From contig JACQZV010000038.1 in assembly GCA_016213695.1 (NCBI GenBank), forward strand, positions 1-55,401: a stretch of 55,401 bases of DNA, given 5' to 3'. Under the pieces are notes generated by a model. The model saw only the letters and a list, made by a program, of their open reading frames with translations. It made no database searches and was not told the origin of the DNA. This document shows positions 36,325-45,841 of this stretch, in pieces. Within the stretch, counting starts at the first letter, position 1. Every line of letters begins with the position of its first letter. A program made the translations under genes and the position numbers. This DNA comes from Acidobacteriota bacterium (GTDB taxonomy: Bacteria; Acidobacteriota; Vicinamibacteria; Vicinamibacterales; UBA2999).

Positions 36325-37356
36325 CTACTGCGTGGCCGTCGTGAGCGGCGCGGGAGCGATGTTCGCCTCGTCGCTCGGCCCGGTCTTGACGACCGGCTTG
36401 GCCCAGCGGACGACGCCGCGCACGTTGTCGGCCGCCGTGCCGGCGCGCGACAGCGTGAGCGAGTAGGTCTGCCGGTCCTTCGGCGCCAGCTTGCCGAGCT
36501 GCCACACGGCGACATTCGCCTTGAGTCCCGCGTCGGCGCGCACGCCCTGGTAGCCGCTTCCCGTCGTACTCACGACATTGGCACCGGCAGGGACGACGAG
36601 ATTGACCGTGAGATCTTCGGCCGTAAGCCCTCGATTCGGCAGACCGCTGTTCTGGACCGTCAGGCTGTAGGTGACGCCGCTTGCGGCGGCGACGCCGGCG
36701 CTGAGCTGGCTCGCGATGAGCGGCCGGTACCCGAGGTCGCGGGCGTACGTCCAGACTTCCTGCACGAGCGACTCGGGCAGCCGCGCGGGCGAGTAGGTGC
36801 CCATGCGGACGCGGACGGCGGGCTCTTCGCCGAGCGTCTTCCAGTGCGCGGGCATGATCTTGGCGTGGTCGTACACCATCCGCTTGACCCATTCGAAGTC
36901 GGCGTTGATCGCGCCCATGTTCTGGCGGGGGCCGTTCAGCGTCGGACCGTGGCACTGCGCGCATCCGACGGTCGAGAGCGCGACTTCGAGGCCGCGGGGC
37001 GCTCCGGCGGGCACGGTAAACCGCCATGGCCCTGGCTGCGCCACGGCCGGGAGGCCGTCGAAGTAGGCCACCAGATCGGCGATTTCCCGGTCGCTGACCT
37101 GCGACTCGACGAACGCGGGCATGATGCCCCACGGCTGCCGCACGGCCCGCCGGAACTGCGGGACGGTCAGCCGGCGGCCGGCGAGGTCGGGTCCGAAGGC
37201 GCCTTCACCGTTGGTACCGTGACAGTTCCGGCACTGGGTGGCCGGGCCTTCCCAGAGGGTCTTGCCGGCCTGGGCGTTGCCGGCCTGCGCGGCGGCGGTG
37301 GTCGGAGCGAGCAGGAAGAGGACGAGAGCGAGCAGCGGTGCGAGCAACGTGAACAT
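36325..37356 (-). CDS. Exported diheme c-type cytochrome with C-terminal Ig-like (DUF11-like) domain
   Basis: Signal peptide; CRNCH and CAQCH; MP motifs as candidate Met ligands; VTYSLTVQNSG. Confidence 0.88.
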   Translation of the reverse strand: MFTLLAPLLALVLFLLAPTTAAAQAGNAQAGKTLWEGPATQCRNCHGTNGEGAFGPDLAGRRLTVPQFRRAVRQPWGIMPAFVESQVSDREIADLVAYFDGLPAVAQPGPWRFTVPAGAPRGLEVALSTVGCAQCHGPTLNGPRQNMGAINADFEWVKRMVYDHAKIMPAHWKTLGEEPAVRVRMGTYSPARLPESLVQEVWTYARDLGYRPLIASQLSAGVAAASGVTYSLTVQNSGLPNRGLTAEDLTVNLVVPAGANVVSTTGSGYQGVRADAGLKANVAVWQLGKLAPKDRQTYSLTLSRAGTAADNVRGVVRWAKPVVKTGPSDEANIAPAPLTTATQ

Positions 37357-37450
37357 CGGTGCGACCCTCCTGATGGCGACGTGAAATGTTGGCGCCTACT
37401 CTACACGGATCGGGACGGCTATGGGAGCCTGGCGGTAGACTGAGTCACGC

Positions 37451-37527
37451 GCGCCCGTAGCTCAGGTGGATAGAGCACCGGCCTTCTAAGCCGGGGGTCG
37501 AAGGTTCGAGTCCTTCCGGGCGCGCCA
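37451..37527 (+). tRNA. tRNA-Arg (TCT)
   Basis: GCGCCCG/CGGGCGC acceptor, CCGGC-CTTCTAA-GCCGG arm, GGTTCGAGTCC, encoded CCA. Confidence 0.96.
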
Positions 37528-37553
37528 ACGCGCAGGCCCGCGCGGCAGCCCCC

Positions 37554-38465
37554 TCATGGGAGCGTCCCCTTCAGTTCTCTATAAATTCGCCGCAGAACAA
37601 CTTCTCTCTGCGCGGCGAATGCATACAGCTTCGCGTACTGATCGAGCCTGACCGCGGCGACTGCCTGATCTTCGCTCGCGCCCCGCGCGATCTCATTCTG
37701 GATTCCGTCTCGCGCTTCCACGAGGATTTGCCGCATGCGGTCGAGCGCCGCTCGAGTCTGCTTCGGATCGTCAGGGATTGGCCCATGACCCGGTATGAAG
37801 ATCTCGGCGTCGAGCGCCTTCACTGCATCCAGCACCCGAATCCACGAGACGCCGTAGCCCCCCGCCATATTTGGAAATTCTTCGTTGAAGAACACCTCGC
37901 TCATGTACGCGATCCGGTCCTGGGGCACGAACAGGATGCTGTCCCCTTTCGTGTGCGCGGAGCCGAAATAGAGAATCTGAATCTCCTTGCCGCCGAGGTG
38001 CAACGTCAGTCGATCGCGAAACGTCGCGTTCGGCATCCGCGCGCGCTGCTCGTCGTCCGGTAAACGGCCGCGCTGCATCTGGTCGAGCAAGCCGGCGCGG
38101 TAGGTGTCGTGCCCGATCTTGAACACATCAGCGTAGGCGGTATTCCCCTTGCTGAACGGATCGTGAAACACAGAGGAGACGAGATAGCGAACGGGCTGTC
38201 TGACGACGCCGGCAATCGCCTGCCGCTCGGCGCGCGCGATCGCGTCCGAGTCCAGCGCGTCGAAGACCACCACGCCTTCGCTCGTGGCGATGACACCGCT
38301 GTTGAAAAGTCTGCCCTCGTTGTTCGTCGTGAACACGTAGTGACCGGGAATGACTTGCCGCAGGCTTCCCGGATTCGCCGCCCGATCAGCGGACGGCGCC
38401 TGCGAAGCCGTAGCGGTCTGCAGCGCAAGCAGGAGCACGGCGGCAGTCGCGAGCCTGGTCGTCAT
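37554..38465 (-). CDS. Exported MBL-fold (cyclase-like) protein with degenerate metal motif
   Basis: NSGVI...GVVVFD, PVRYLV, AHTKGD, IPGHG; HxHxDH replaced by SVFHDPF. Confidence 0.8.
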   Translation of the reverse strand: MTTRLATAAVLLLALQTATASQAPSADRAANPGSLRQVIPGHYVFTTNNEGRLFNSGVIATSEGVVVFDALDSDAIARAERQAIAGVVRQPVRYLVSSVFHDPFSKGNTAYADVFKIGHDTYRAGLLDQMQRGRLPDDEQRARMPNATFRDRLTLHLGGKEIQILYFGSAHTKGDSILFVPQDRIAYMSEVFFNEEFPNMAGGYGVSWIRVLDAVKALDAEIFIPGHGPIPDDPKQTRAALDRMRQILVEARDGIQNEIARGASEDQAVAAVRLDQYAKLYAFAAQREVVLRRIYRELKGTLP

Positions 38466-38547
38466 GGGCGTTATGCTAACGCCAAAACGGCCGAAGGTTC
38501 GCTCGGAAGTGCGCGACCGCCGTCGCCGGCGAATGAGCGGCGTGCGA

Positions 38548-39405
38548 TTACGGGACGATGTTGACCCCGGATGGCTTGGCCAGTGTGTCGATATATTCGA
38601 TCGCTTCCGACGGGACGCACAGCGTCTCGGGAAACTCCTGCGCCTTCATCCAATAGAGGTTCGCCCGCATGAACGTCCACGGCTTCGTATAGAACTTCGG
38701 GTCGTCCACCGTGGCGGTAAGCTGCAGGTTGTATTGATCGAGGCGCGTGTAGCGTTCCCGGATGTGCGCCATGGAGCTGCGCGGGTGTCCCAGGCCGTCC
38801 AGCCACGGGCGGTCGTCCAGACCCGTCGTGTCGATGACGAGCGTGGTGTCGTTCTCCCAGCGGCCGACCGAGTATCCGTAGTAGCGCGATTCGGGAGCCC
38901 CCTTCACGTCGACGGCCTTCGGGAGCGCGCGCCCATCCATCCAGATCTCGCGCCACAGGCGCTGCTGCTCGTACGCGATGAGGATGCGGCCGGGCGCCGA
39001 GCCGAAGAGGACGCCGCCCCGGTTGGTGATCGCGTAGGTGAGCACGTTGCGTGGGAAGCCGAGCGGATCGCACGTGATGGCCGGGTCGTTCGACACGCCG
39101 GGAGCGCCGCCCGTGCTCGCGGGATTGGTGGCGGGGCCGTACGCCTTGCGTTGCTTGAGGATGGCCTCGCCCGCGGGTGTCATCGGCGGCACCGGATCGG
39201 GCTTGTTGCTCGTACCCGGTCCCACCCACGCGCCGGACAAATCCCGCTTCGGTGCGGGGCCCGGTGGATTCGGCATCTTCGGGATGCCCTCCGACACGAA
39301 CCCCTCGCCGCTGACGCGCTGGCGGCCCCGGGCAGCCGGGTCCGCGCCGTACGCGACGAGCACGGCCAGCACCGCGGCCGTTGAAGCCAGAATGGAGTTG
39401 CGCAC
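38548..39405 (-). CDS. DUF6152-partner family protein, copy 4
   Basis: RDLSGAW, CDPLGFPR, YGYSVGRWENDTTLVIDT, TVDDPKFYTKPW, ETLC. Confidence 0.82.
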   Translation of the reverse strand: MRNSILASTAAVLAVLVAYGADPAARGRQRVSGEGFVSEGIPKMPNPPGPAPKRDLSGAWVGPGTSNKPDPVPPMTPAGEAILKQRKAYGPATNPASTGGAPGVSNDPAITCDPLGFPRNVLTYAITNRGGVLFGSAPGRILIAYEQQRLWREIWMDGRALPKAVDVKGAPESRYYGYSVGRWENDTTLVIDTTGLDDRPWLDGLGHPRSSMAHIRERYTRLDQYNLQLTATVDDPKFYTKPWTFMRANLYWMKAQEFPETLCVPSEAIEYIDTLAKPSGVNIVP

Positions 39406-39419
39406 GGTCTGCCTCCTCG

Positions 39420-39860
39420 TTATTTCTTGACGTCGGCGTCGGGATCGTACCGGGTCTTGCCGCCCGCATCTCCACCAAGCTGGGTGTCGTGCAGCTCAGA
39501 GCCGTCGGCGAGCACGAGCTTCTGGAGACGGCCGGCAGGATTGCCGTTCTTGGCCACGTACATCCGGACCGTGATGACGTCACCCGGAGTGACCGACGCC
39601 TTGGTCCAGCCAATCAGCCGGAGCGCCTGCGGCGCCGCCGTCTCGACGACCATGTGCACGACGGCGCCCTTGGCATCCTTGGCGTCGAAGTTGATGAGCG
39701 CGTGCGGATTGGCCCAGGCGAATTGCGTGACCGTCGCCTGCTTGAACTCGGTGATCGTGTCCTCATACGCCGCGTTGCCGTGATGCGCCAGCGCCCGCAC
39801 GCCAGCCAGCGTCAGAACGCCGAGAAGGAAAAGGAAGGTGACGCGTCGATGTCCGGTCAT
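39420..39860 (-). CDS. DUF6152-like periplasmic protein, copy 3
   Basis: GAGGT RBS; ALA then HHGNAAYED; WANPHA. Confidence 0.83.
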   Translation of the reverse strand: MTGHRRVTFLFLLGVLTLAGVRALAHHGNAAYEDTITEFKQATVTQFAWANPHALINFDAKDAKGAVVHMVVETAAPQALRLIGWTKASVTPGDVITVRMYVAKNGNPAGRLQKLVLADGSELHDTQLGGDAGGKTRYDPDADVKK

Positions 39861-39991
39861 GGTGTACCTCGTGTGAGGCTGCATGATAACGCCATTTGCG
39901 GCGCTGTAAAGCCCATGCTCGCCCCTCGGTCAAACCGCTGGTGCATCCGCCGTCCGCAGCGTTACAATTCGCGCACGCGGAGGACGAAAGC

Positions 39992-40450
39992 ATGGCGTTC
40001 GACCTGGTCGTCAACGGGAGCACACACCGCGTCGATGCCGATCCGCAGACGCCCCTGCTGTGGGTCATCCGCGATCACGTCGGCCTGACGGGCACGAAAT
40101 TCAGCTGCGGCATCGGGCAGTGCGGCGCCTGCACCGTGCACCTCGACGGCCGCGCCGTGCGCTCGTGCAGCATCCCGGCGGCGACGGCCATCGGCAAGCC
40201 TGTTGTGACCATCGAAGGCGTGTCGCCGGACGGCACGCACCCCATTCAGCTCGCCTGGAAGGAATTCGACGCGCCGCAGTGCGGCTACTGCCAGTCCGGC
40301 ATGATCATGAGCGCGCTGGCGCTGCTGCGCGAGCGTCCGCACCCCACCGACGCCGACATCGACGCCCGCGTGACCAACGCCTGCCGATGCGGCACGTATT
40401 ACCGCGTCCGGAAGGCCATCCACCTCGCCGCCGATCTGATGGGGAAGTGA
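39992..40450 (+). CDS. 2x[2Fe-2S] subunit of a xanthine-oxidase-family (IorA-like) enzyme
   Basis: GGAGG RBS; CGIGQCGAC...C and CGYC...CRC. Confidence 0.95.
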   Translation: MAFDLVVNGSTHRVDADPQTPLLWVIRDHVGLTGTKFSCGIGQCGACTVHLDGRAVRSCSIPAATAIGKPVVTIEGVSPDGTHPIQLAWKEFDAPQCGYCQSGMIMSALALLRERPHPTDADIDARVTNACRCGTYYRVRKAIHLAADLMGK

Positions 40451-40451
40451 G

Positions 40452-42800
40452 ATGAACACCGACGTCACCCGCCGCGAGTTCCTGGCCACGGTGGCCGCCG
40501 CGCAGGGCTCTTTTGTGCTCGGCTTCTGGATGCCGGTAAAGGCCCACGCGCAGACGCGCACACCGGCCTCGGCGCCGGCCGGCACTGTCTGGTACGAGGA
40601 GCCGGCCACTCCTGAAGTGAACGCATGGATCGTCGTTGCACCCGACGACACCGTCACGGTCCGGATCGCGCAGACCGAGCTCGGCCAGGGCGTCTGGACG
40701 TCGAACGCGATGATGGTGTGCGAGGAACTGCAGTGTGACTGGACGAAGGTCCGTCCCCAGTACGCCTCCGCCAACCGCGACGCGCGCGAGAAGGCGCCCG
40801 CGTGGACGCTCGCGGTTCCGGGCAACGGCGCGACCGACCCGAAGGGCGGCGGCGTGCCGACGTTCGGCACTCGCGATCGAACCGGCGTCGCCGGGATTCC
40901 GGACAGCCTCTATCGGCGCATGCGCACCAATGCCGCCTCGTCCGTGAAGGACGGCCGCTACTACCTGCAACTGGCCGGCGCCGAGGCACGCGAACGGCTG
41001 CTGCTCGCCGCGGCGGATCTGTGGAGCGTGCCGGTCGCCGAGCTGACGGCCAGGAACAGCATCATCACGCACGCGCGGAGCGGCCGCACGGTCACCTACG
41101 GGCGCGTCGCGCATCGCGCCGCGCAGATTCCGCATCCGCACCCCGAGACGATCGCCATCAAGCCGCCGGACCAGTGGACGCTCATGGGCACGGAGCAGAA
41201 GAACCTCGACGTGCCGCTGAAGGTGACGGGGCAGACCGTGTACGGGATCGACGTCCGCCTGCCGGGGATGAAGTGGGCGGCCGTGAAGGCGTGTCCGGTC
41301 TACGGCGGCGATGTCGCGCGCTTCGATTTCGACGCCGTCCGCGACATGCCGGGCGTGCGATCCGCCGTGCAGTTCCCGATTCCCGACCCGGCGTTGACCC
41401 GCGGCCGGATCTTCAGCGGCGGCGTCGCCGTCATCGCCGACAGCTGGTATCAGGCCAGGACCGCGATCGATCGGATGCCGATCGAGTGGGACGTTCCGCC
41501 CGAGCACGCGGCCGTCAACACCGCGATGATGCGCGACGGGCTGCTGGCCGCCATCGATCAGCCGGGCCAGGTTCGCGTCAACCAGGGAGACGTGGACGCC
41601 GGCTTCGTGCGCGCCGCGAAGATTGTCGAGGCGACCTACTCGACGCCGTATCTCGCCCGGGCGCGCATGGAGCCCGGCAACGCCACGGTGCTCGTGACCG
41701 ACGACCGCGTGGACATCTGGATCGGCGACCAGAGCCCCCAGGAAACGCGCTTCAGCGCCTCGACGATCACCGGCATCCCCGAGCAGAACGTCTATATCCA
41801 CCTGTGCCACCTGGGTGGCGGCTTCGGCCGCAACGGCAACGGACCGCAGGCCGAGCACGCGATCATGATCGCCAACGCGCACCGCGGCACGCCGATCCAC
41901 ATGCTGTGGACGCGCGAGCAGGACTTCATCGGCACGACCTACCGCGCGATGGGGCTGGCGCGGCTCAGGGCCGGCCTCGATGCCGAGGGCTGGCCGATCG
42001 CGCTCGACGTGCGGACGTGCATGCAGCGCGACGGGTTCGGACCCGAGGCGTCGTTCGACGTGACGTCGCGCTACCACGTGCCGAGCTACCGCTACTCGAG
42101 CCACACCACCAGGTTTCACGTGCCCGTGGGCACGCGGCGCGGCGTCGGACAGGCGGCGCACGAGTTCTATCGCGAAAGCTTCATGGACGAACTCGCTCGC
42201 GCCGCGGGCAGGGACCCGTATCTCTATCGCCGCGAGCTGCTCGCGCGCACGAACCTGCCGTACAAGGCCGACATGATCAAAGCGCTCGACATGGCCGCCG
42301 AGATGTCGGGCTGGGGCACGCCGCTGCCCAGGGGCACGGCGCGGGCCATCGCACTCGAGGAACGAGGCGCGGAAGCCGAGGGCCTGGCCACCATCAGCGC
42401 CATGGTGCACACCGTGTCCGTCAGCCGCGCAGGCAAGGTCCGTCTGGAGCGGGTGGACGTCGCGCACGATACGGGCTTCGGTCTGGTCAACCCGCTGTCG
42501 GTGAAGAAGCAGATCGAAGGGCAGGTCGTCTGGTTCTACAACGACGCCATGCACCAGGCGACCACGATCGCCGACGGACATGTCGTCGAGAACAACTTCG
42601 ACACGTTCCCGCTGTCGCGCATCGGCGAGAACCCCCCGGAGATCAACATTCGCTTCTTCTCGACCGGGCATTGGCTGATGGGCATGGGCCACGATCGCGC
42701 CACGTCCGTGCAGGCGGCCATCGGTGACGCGATCTACCAGATCACGGGGAAGCGCTTCCGGGATCTGCCGTACGGTAATCACGATCTCACGTGGAGCTGA
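40452..42800 (+). CDS. Molybdopterin-binding subunit, IorB/aldehyde-oxidoreductase-like, Tat-exported
   Basis: TRREFL Tat motif; ELGQGV, KVTG...YGIDV, MEP.N, LGGGFGR, ESFMDE, QIEG. Confidence 0.92.
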   Translation: MNTDVTRREFLATVAAAQGSFVLGFWMPVKAHAQTRTPASAPAGTVWYEEPATPEVNAWIVVAPDDTVTVRIAQTELGQGVWTSNAMMVCEELQCDWTKVRPQYASANRDAREKAPAWTLAVPGNGATDPKGGGVPTFGTRDRTGVAGIPDSLYRRMRTNAASSVKDGRYYLQLAGAEARERLLLAAADLWSVPVAELTARNSIITHARSGRTVTYGRVAHRAAQIPHPHPETIAIKPPDQWTLMGTEQKNLDVPLKVTGQTVYGIDVRLPGMKWAAVKACPVYGGDVARFDFDAVRDMPGVRSAVQFPIPDPALTRGRIFSGGVAVIADSWYQARTAIDRMPIEWDVPPEHAAVNTAMMRDGLLAAIDQPGQVRVNQGDVDAGFVRAAKIVEATYSTPYLARARMEPGNATVLVTDDRVDIWIGDQSPQETRFSASTITGIPEQNVYIHLCHLGGGFGRNGNGPQAEHAIMIANAHRGTPIHMLWTREQDFIGTTYRAMGLARLRAGLDAEGWPIALDVRTCMQRDGFGPEASFDVTSRYHVPSYRYSSHTTRFHVPVGTRRGVGQAAHEFYRESFMDELARAAGRDPYLYRRELLARTNLPYKADMIKALDMAAEMSGWGTPLPRGTARAIALEERGAEAEGLATISAMVHTVSVSRAGKVRLERVDVAHDTGFGLVNPLSVKKQIEGQVVWFYNDAMHQATTIADGHVVENNFDTFPLSRIGENPPEINIRFFSTGHWLMGMGHDRATSVQAAIGDAIYQITGKRFRDLPYGNHDLTWS

Positions 42801-42804
42801 CGCC

Positions 42805-43593
42805 GTGCCGCACCTATTTGCTCAGCAGACGGACACCGGGGGCAGGTTTTACGAACGAGGCTCGACCCGCATCTACTATGAGGAGGCCGGTTCCGGCGTC
42901 CCGCTGCTGTTGCTTCCGGGCGGCGGGCTGAACGCGACGATTCGCTTCTTCACCGGCAACGCGCCTTTCAACGCGATCGATGAATTCAAGGGGGAATACC
43001 GCTGTATCACGGCGGACCTGCGCAACGCCCCCAGCGGCCAGTCGACCGGCCCTGTCGAGGTCGATCGGCCGTGGGAATCCCATGCCGACGATCAGCTCGG
43101 GCTGATGGATCATCTCGGCATCGACAAGTTCATGGTGATGGGCTTCTGCATTGGCGGCCCCTTCATCTGGAGTCTGCTGAAGCGCGCTCCGAATCGGATT
43201 AGCGCGGCGGTGCTGGCGCAGCCCGTGGGCTGGCGTCCGGAGATGCGCGACCCGAAGTACCCCGGCGTATTCTGGAGGGGCTGGGGTGCCACGCTGACCG
43301 CGAAACGGCCCGAGATCTCGCTGCAGACGACCGACCAGTTCGTCACCAGGATGTTCGAGACCGACGCCGACTTCGTGTTCACTGCGACGCGCGATTTCGT
43401 GCGACGGTGTCAGAATCCGGTCCTGATCCTGCCAGACGACGTCCCCGCACACCCGTACGCCGTCGCCATGGAATGCGCGATGCTCGCGCCGATGGCCGAA
43501 GTGAGCATCTTTCCGTGGAAAGAACCCAAGGAGCGAATTCCGCTGGCGGTGCGCCAGATTCATTCGTTCCTGCGCGCGCACCGGCCGGCGTAG
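42805..43593 (+). CDS. Alpha/beta hydrolase with Cys at the nucleophile elbow
   Basis: IYYEEAGSG.PLLLLPGG, DLRNA, GFCIGG, D..HP; GTG start 4 nt after the upstream stop. Confidence 0.85.
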   Translation: MPHLFAQQTDTGGRFYERGSTRIYYEEAGSGVPLLLLPGGGLNATIRFFTGNAPFNAIDEFKGEYRCITADLRNAPSGQSTGPVEVDRPWESHADDQLGLMDHLGIDKFMVMGFCIGGPFIWSLLKRAPNRISAAVLAQPVGWRPEMRDPKYPGVFWRGWGATLTAKRPEISLQTTDQFVTRMFETDADFVFTATRDFVRRCQNPVLILPDDVPAHPYAVAMECAMLAPMAEVSIFPWKEPKERIPLAVRQIHSFLRAHRPA

Positions 43594-43611
43594 GCCGTGG
43601 CGCGGGCGCGC

Positions 43612-44040
43612 CTACTGGCGCACGCCCGTGTCTGCCCGGCCTCCGTCGTCGGCGCCGGTCTGGGTATCACGCATGGTCGTGCCGTCGGAGAACTCGACCT
43701 TGTTGAAGCGTCCGACCGGCACGCGCGTCTTGGCTTGCCAGACGTATAGCGTGACGATGTCCCCGGGCGCCACCGTGGTTCTGGTCCAGCCGATGAGCTG
43801 GGCGGACACCGTACTGCCCATTTCCATCGTCCAGTGCTGGACGTTGCCCTGTTCGTCCTTGAAGTCCGCCTTGATGAGCGGGTGGGGATTGATCCAGATG
43901 AATTCGGTCACCACGGCGTTCTTCAACACCACGGGCTTACTCATGTCGTACGCCGCAGCGCCGTGATGCGCCAGCACCGGACCGTCGATCGAGGCGAGTC
44001 CGGCGAACACGGCCGCCATCACCAGTACTTTCGTCTTCAC
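43612..44040 (-). CDS. DUF6152-like periplasmic protein, copy 4
   Basis: GGAGG RBS before GTG; VLA then HHGAAAYD; WINPHP; WTMEMGS. Confidence 0.83.
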   Translation of the reverse strand: MKTKVLVMAAVFAGLASIDGPVLAHHGAAAYDMSKPVVLKNAVVTEFIWINPHPLIKADFKDEQGNVQHWTMEMGSTVSAQLIGWTRTTVAPGDIVTLYVWQAKTRVPVGRFNKVEFSDGTTMRDTQTGADDGGRADTGVRQ

Positions 44041-44066
44041 CGTGCGCCTCCAGTGATGCATGACTG

Positions 44067-44918
44067 CTAGTTGGGCCGGCGTGCCGCATCGGGGTCGCTG
44101 CCGGCCGGATCGCCCATCTCTTTCAAGTACTGCTGAACCTCCGACGGGATGCAGGTAAAGTCGTCGAGCTGCTGGTTCGGAATCCACCGGAAATGGGTTT
44201 CGCCGATCGAGAACGGCCTGGTGTAGAACTTCGGGTCGTCCATGGTGATGGTCAGCGAGAGATCGTGCTTGCTGGTGCGGTGAAAACGTTCCTGCACCTT
44301 CGCCTCGACACTGTGTGGATAGCCGCTCTTGGTGGCCCAGGTCTGCGGGGCGAGACCCGTGGTGTCCACCACGAAGGTGTAGTCGTCTTCCCATCGACCG
44401 ACTGAGTATCCGTTGTACTTCGGATCGAGGGTGTCCCGACCCCTGCCGCCCACGTTGGTCGGAAGCGTCCGCCCGTCGGTCCACACCTCACGCCAGAGAT
44501 CCATGTACTGGAGCAGGACAAAGGTCCGGTTCGGCAGCGTCGCGATCGTCATTCCCCGAATTTCCTGGACCATGTTCTGGGGAACACCGAACGGATCGCA
44601 GTATCGCGTATGGGGATCGTTTGTGCCGCCGGGACTGAATTTCCCAATCGGCTTGTTCCGGTCGTACAACTGCTTGCCGAGGGGCGTGAGCGACGGCTGT
44701 TCCTCGGCCTTGCTCCTGGGCGCGCCTGCGCCAGATGACGGCCCCGCCCACGTCCCGGACAGATCGCGCTTCGGTGCGGGCCCGCCGTCTCCGACGGCCC
44801 TGTCCATCGGATAGTACTTCCACGGAGACCGCGGCGGATCGCCCTGCGCGGCGGCCAGCGCCGCCAGGACCAGCACGCCCGCTACGCCTGCGATTGCGCC
44901 CGTGTACGGATGTCGCAC
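44067..44918 (-). CDS. DUF6152-partner family protein, copy 5
   Basis: RDLSGTW, CDPFGVP, YSVGRWEDDYTFVVDT, YPHS, TMDDPKFYTRPF, DFTC. Confidence 0.82.
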   Translation of the reverse strand: MRHPYTGAIAGVAGVLVLAALAAAQGDPPRSPWKYYPMDRAVGDGGPAPKRDLSGTWAGPSSGAGAPRSKAEEQPSLTPLGKQLYDRNKPIGKFSPGGTNDPHTRYCDPFGVPQNMVQEIRGMTIATLPNRTFVLLQYMDLWREVWTDGRTLPTNVGGRGRDTLDPKYNGYSVGRWEDDYTFVVDTTGLAPQTWATKSGYPHSVEAKVQERFHRTSKHDLSLTITMDDPKFYTRPFSIGETHFRWIPNQQLDDFTCIPSEVQQYLKEMGDPAGSDPDAARRPN

Positions 44919-44962
44919 GTCATGCCCCTCGTCAATGTGTTGCCGTCAACGCGGCAGAGTCA

Positions 44963-45829
44963 TTATCGGATCTCGATCCCCGACGGCCTGGCGAGCGTGT
45001 CGCGATACTCGATCGCCTCTGAGGGGATGCAGAGCGTCTCGACAAACTCCTGCGCCTTCATCCAGTAGAAGTTCGCTCGCATCCACGTCCACGGCTTCGT
45101 ATAGAACTTCGGATCGTCCACGGTGACCGTCAGCTGCAGGTTGTACTGGTCGGGACGCGTGTACCGCTCCTGGATGCGTGCCGAGGAACTGCGCGGATGA
45201 CCGGCTTCATCCAGCCAGGGCCGCTCGTCCACGCCGGTCGTGTCGACGACCAGCGTATTGTCGTTCTCCCAGTGACCGACTGAATAGCCGTAATACCTGG
45301 ACTCGGGCGCACCCCTCACGTCCACGGCCTTGGGAAGCGCTCGTCCGTCCATCCAGACTTCACGCCACACGCGCTGCTGCTCGTAGGCGATGAGGAGGCG
45401 GTTCGGCGCCGCGCCAAAGAGCATTCCTCCGCGGCTGGAGATGGCATGGGCCAGCAGGTCGCGAGGGAACCCGAGGGGGTCGCACGTAATGAACGGATCG
45501 TTTGACGAGGGCGGCTCGCCAGTGGCACTCGCCTGACTGGCGCGCTGGCCGGTGGCGGGCCCGTAGGCCTTCCGCAGTTTGAATTGCGCCTCGCCGGCCG
45601 GCGTCATCGGCGGCACCGGATCGGGCTTGTTGTTCTGCGGCCCGACCCATGCGCCCGAGAGGTCCCGCTTCGGAGCCGGTCCTGGAGGATCCGGCATCCT
45701 GGGCACGCCCTCGGACACGAACCCTTCGCCGGTGATGCGCCCGCGTTGAGCCGCGCGGCCTTCCTCAGTCGCCAGGAATGCGACCAGGGCGAACAGGATG
45801 ACCATCGAAGCCGCGAAGGGGCTGCGCAT
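44963..45829 (-). CDS. DUF6152-partner family protein, copy 6 (close paralog of 38548-39405)
   Basis: GEGFVSEG.P.MP.PPGPAPKRDLSGAW; CDPLGFPR; TVDDPKFYTKPW; ETLC. Confidence 0.82.
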   Translation of the reverse strand: MRSPFAASMVILFALVAFLATEEGRAAQRGRITGEGFVSEGVPRMPDPPGPAPKRDLSGAWVGPQNNKPDPVPPMTPAGEAQFKLRKAYGPATGQRASQASATGEPPSSNDPFITCDPLGFPRDLLAHAISSRGGMLFGAAPNRLLIAYEQQRVWREVWMDGRALPKAVDVRGAPESRYYGYSVGHWENDNTLVVDTTGVDERPWLDEAGHPRSSSARIQERYTRPDQYNLQLTVTVDDPKFYTKPWTWMRANFYWMKAQEFVETLCIPSEAIEYRDTLARPSGIEIR

Positions 45830-45841
45830 GTCAGGCCTCGT

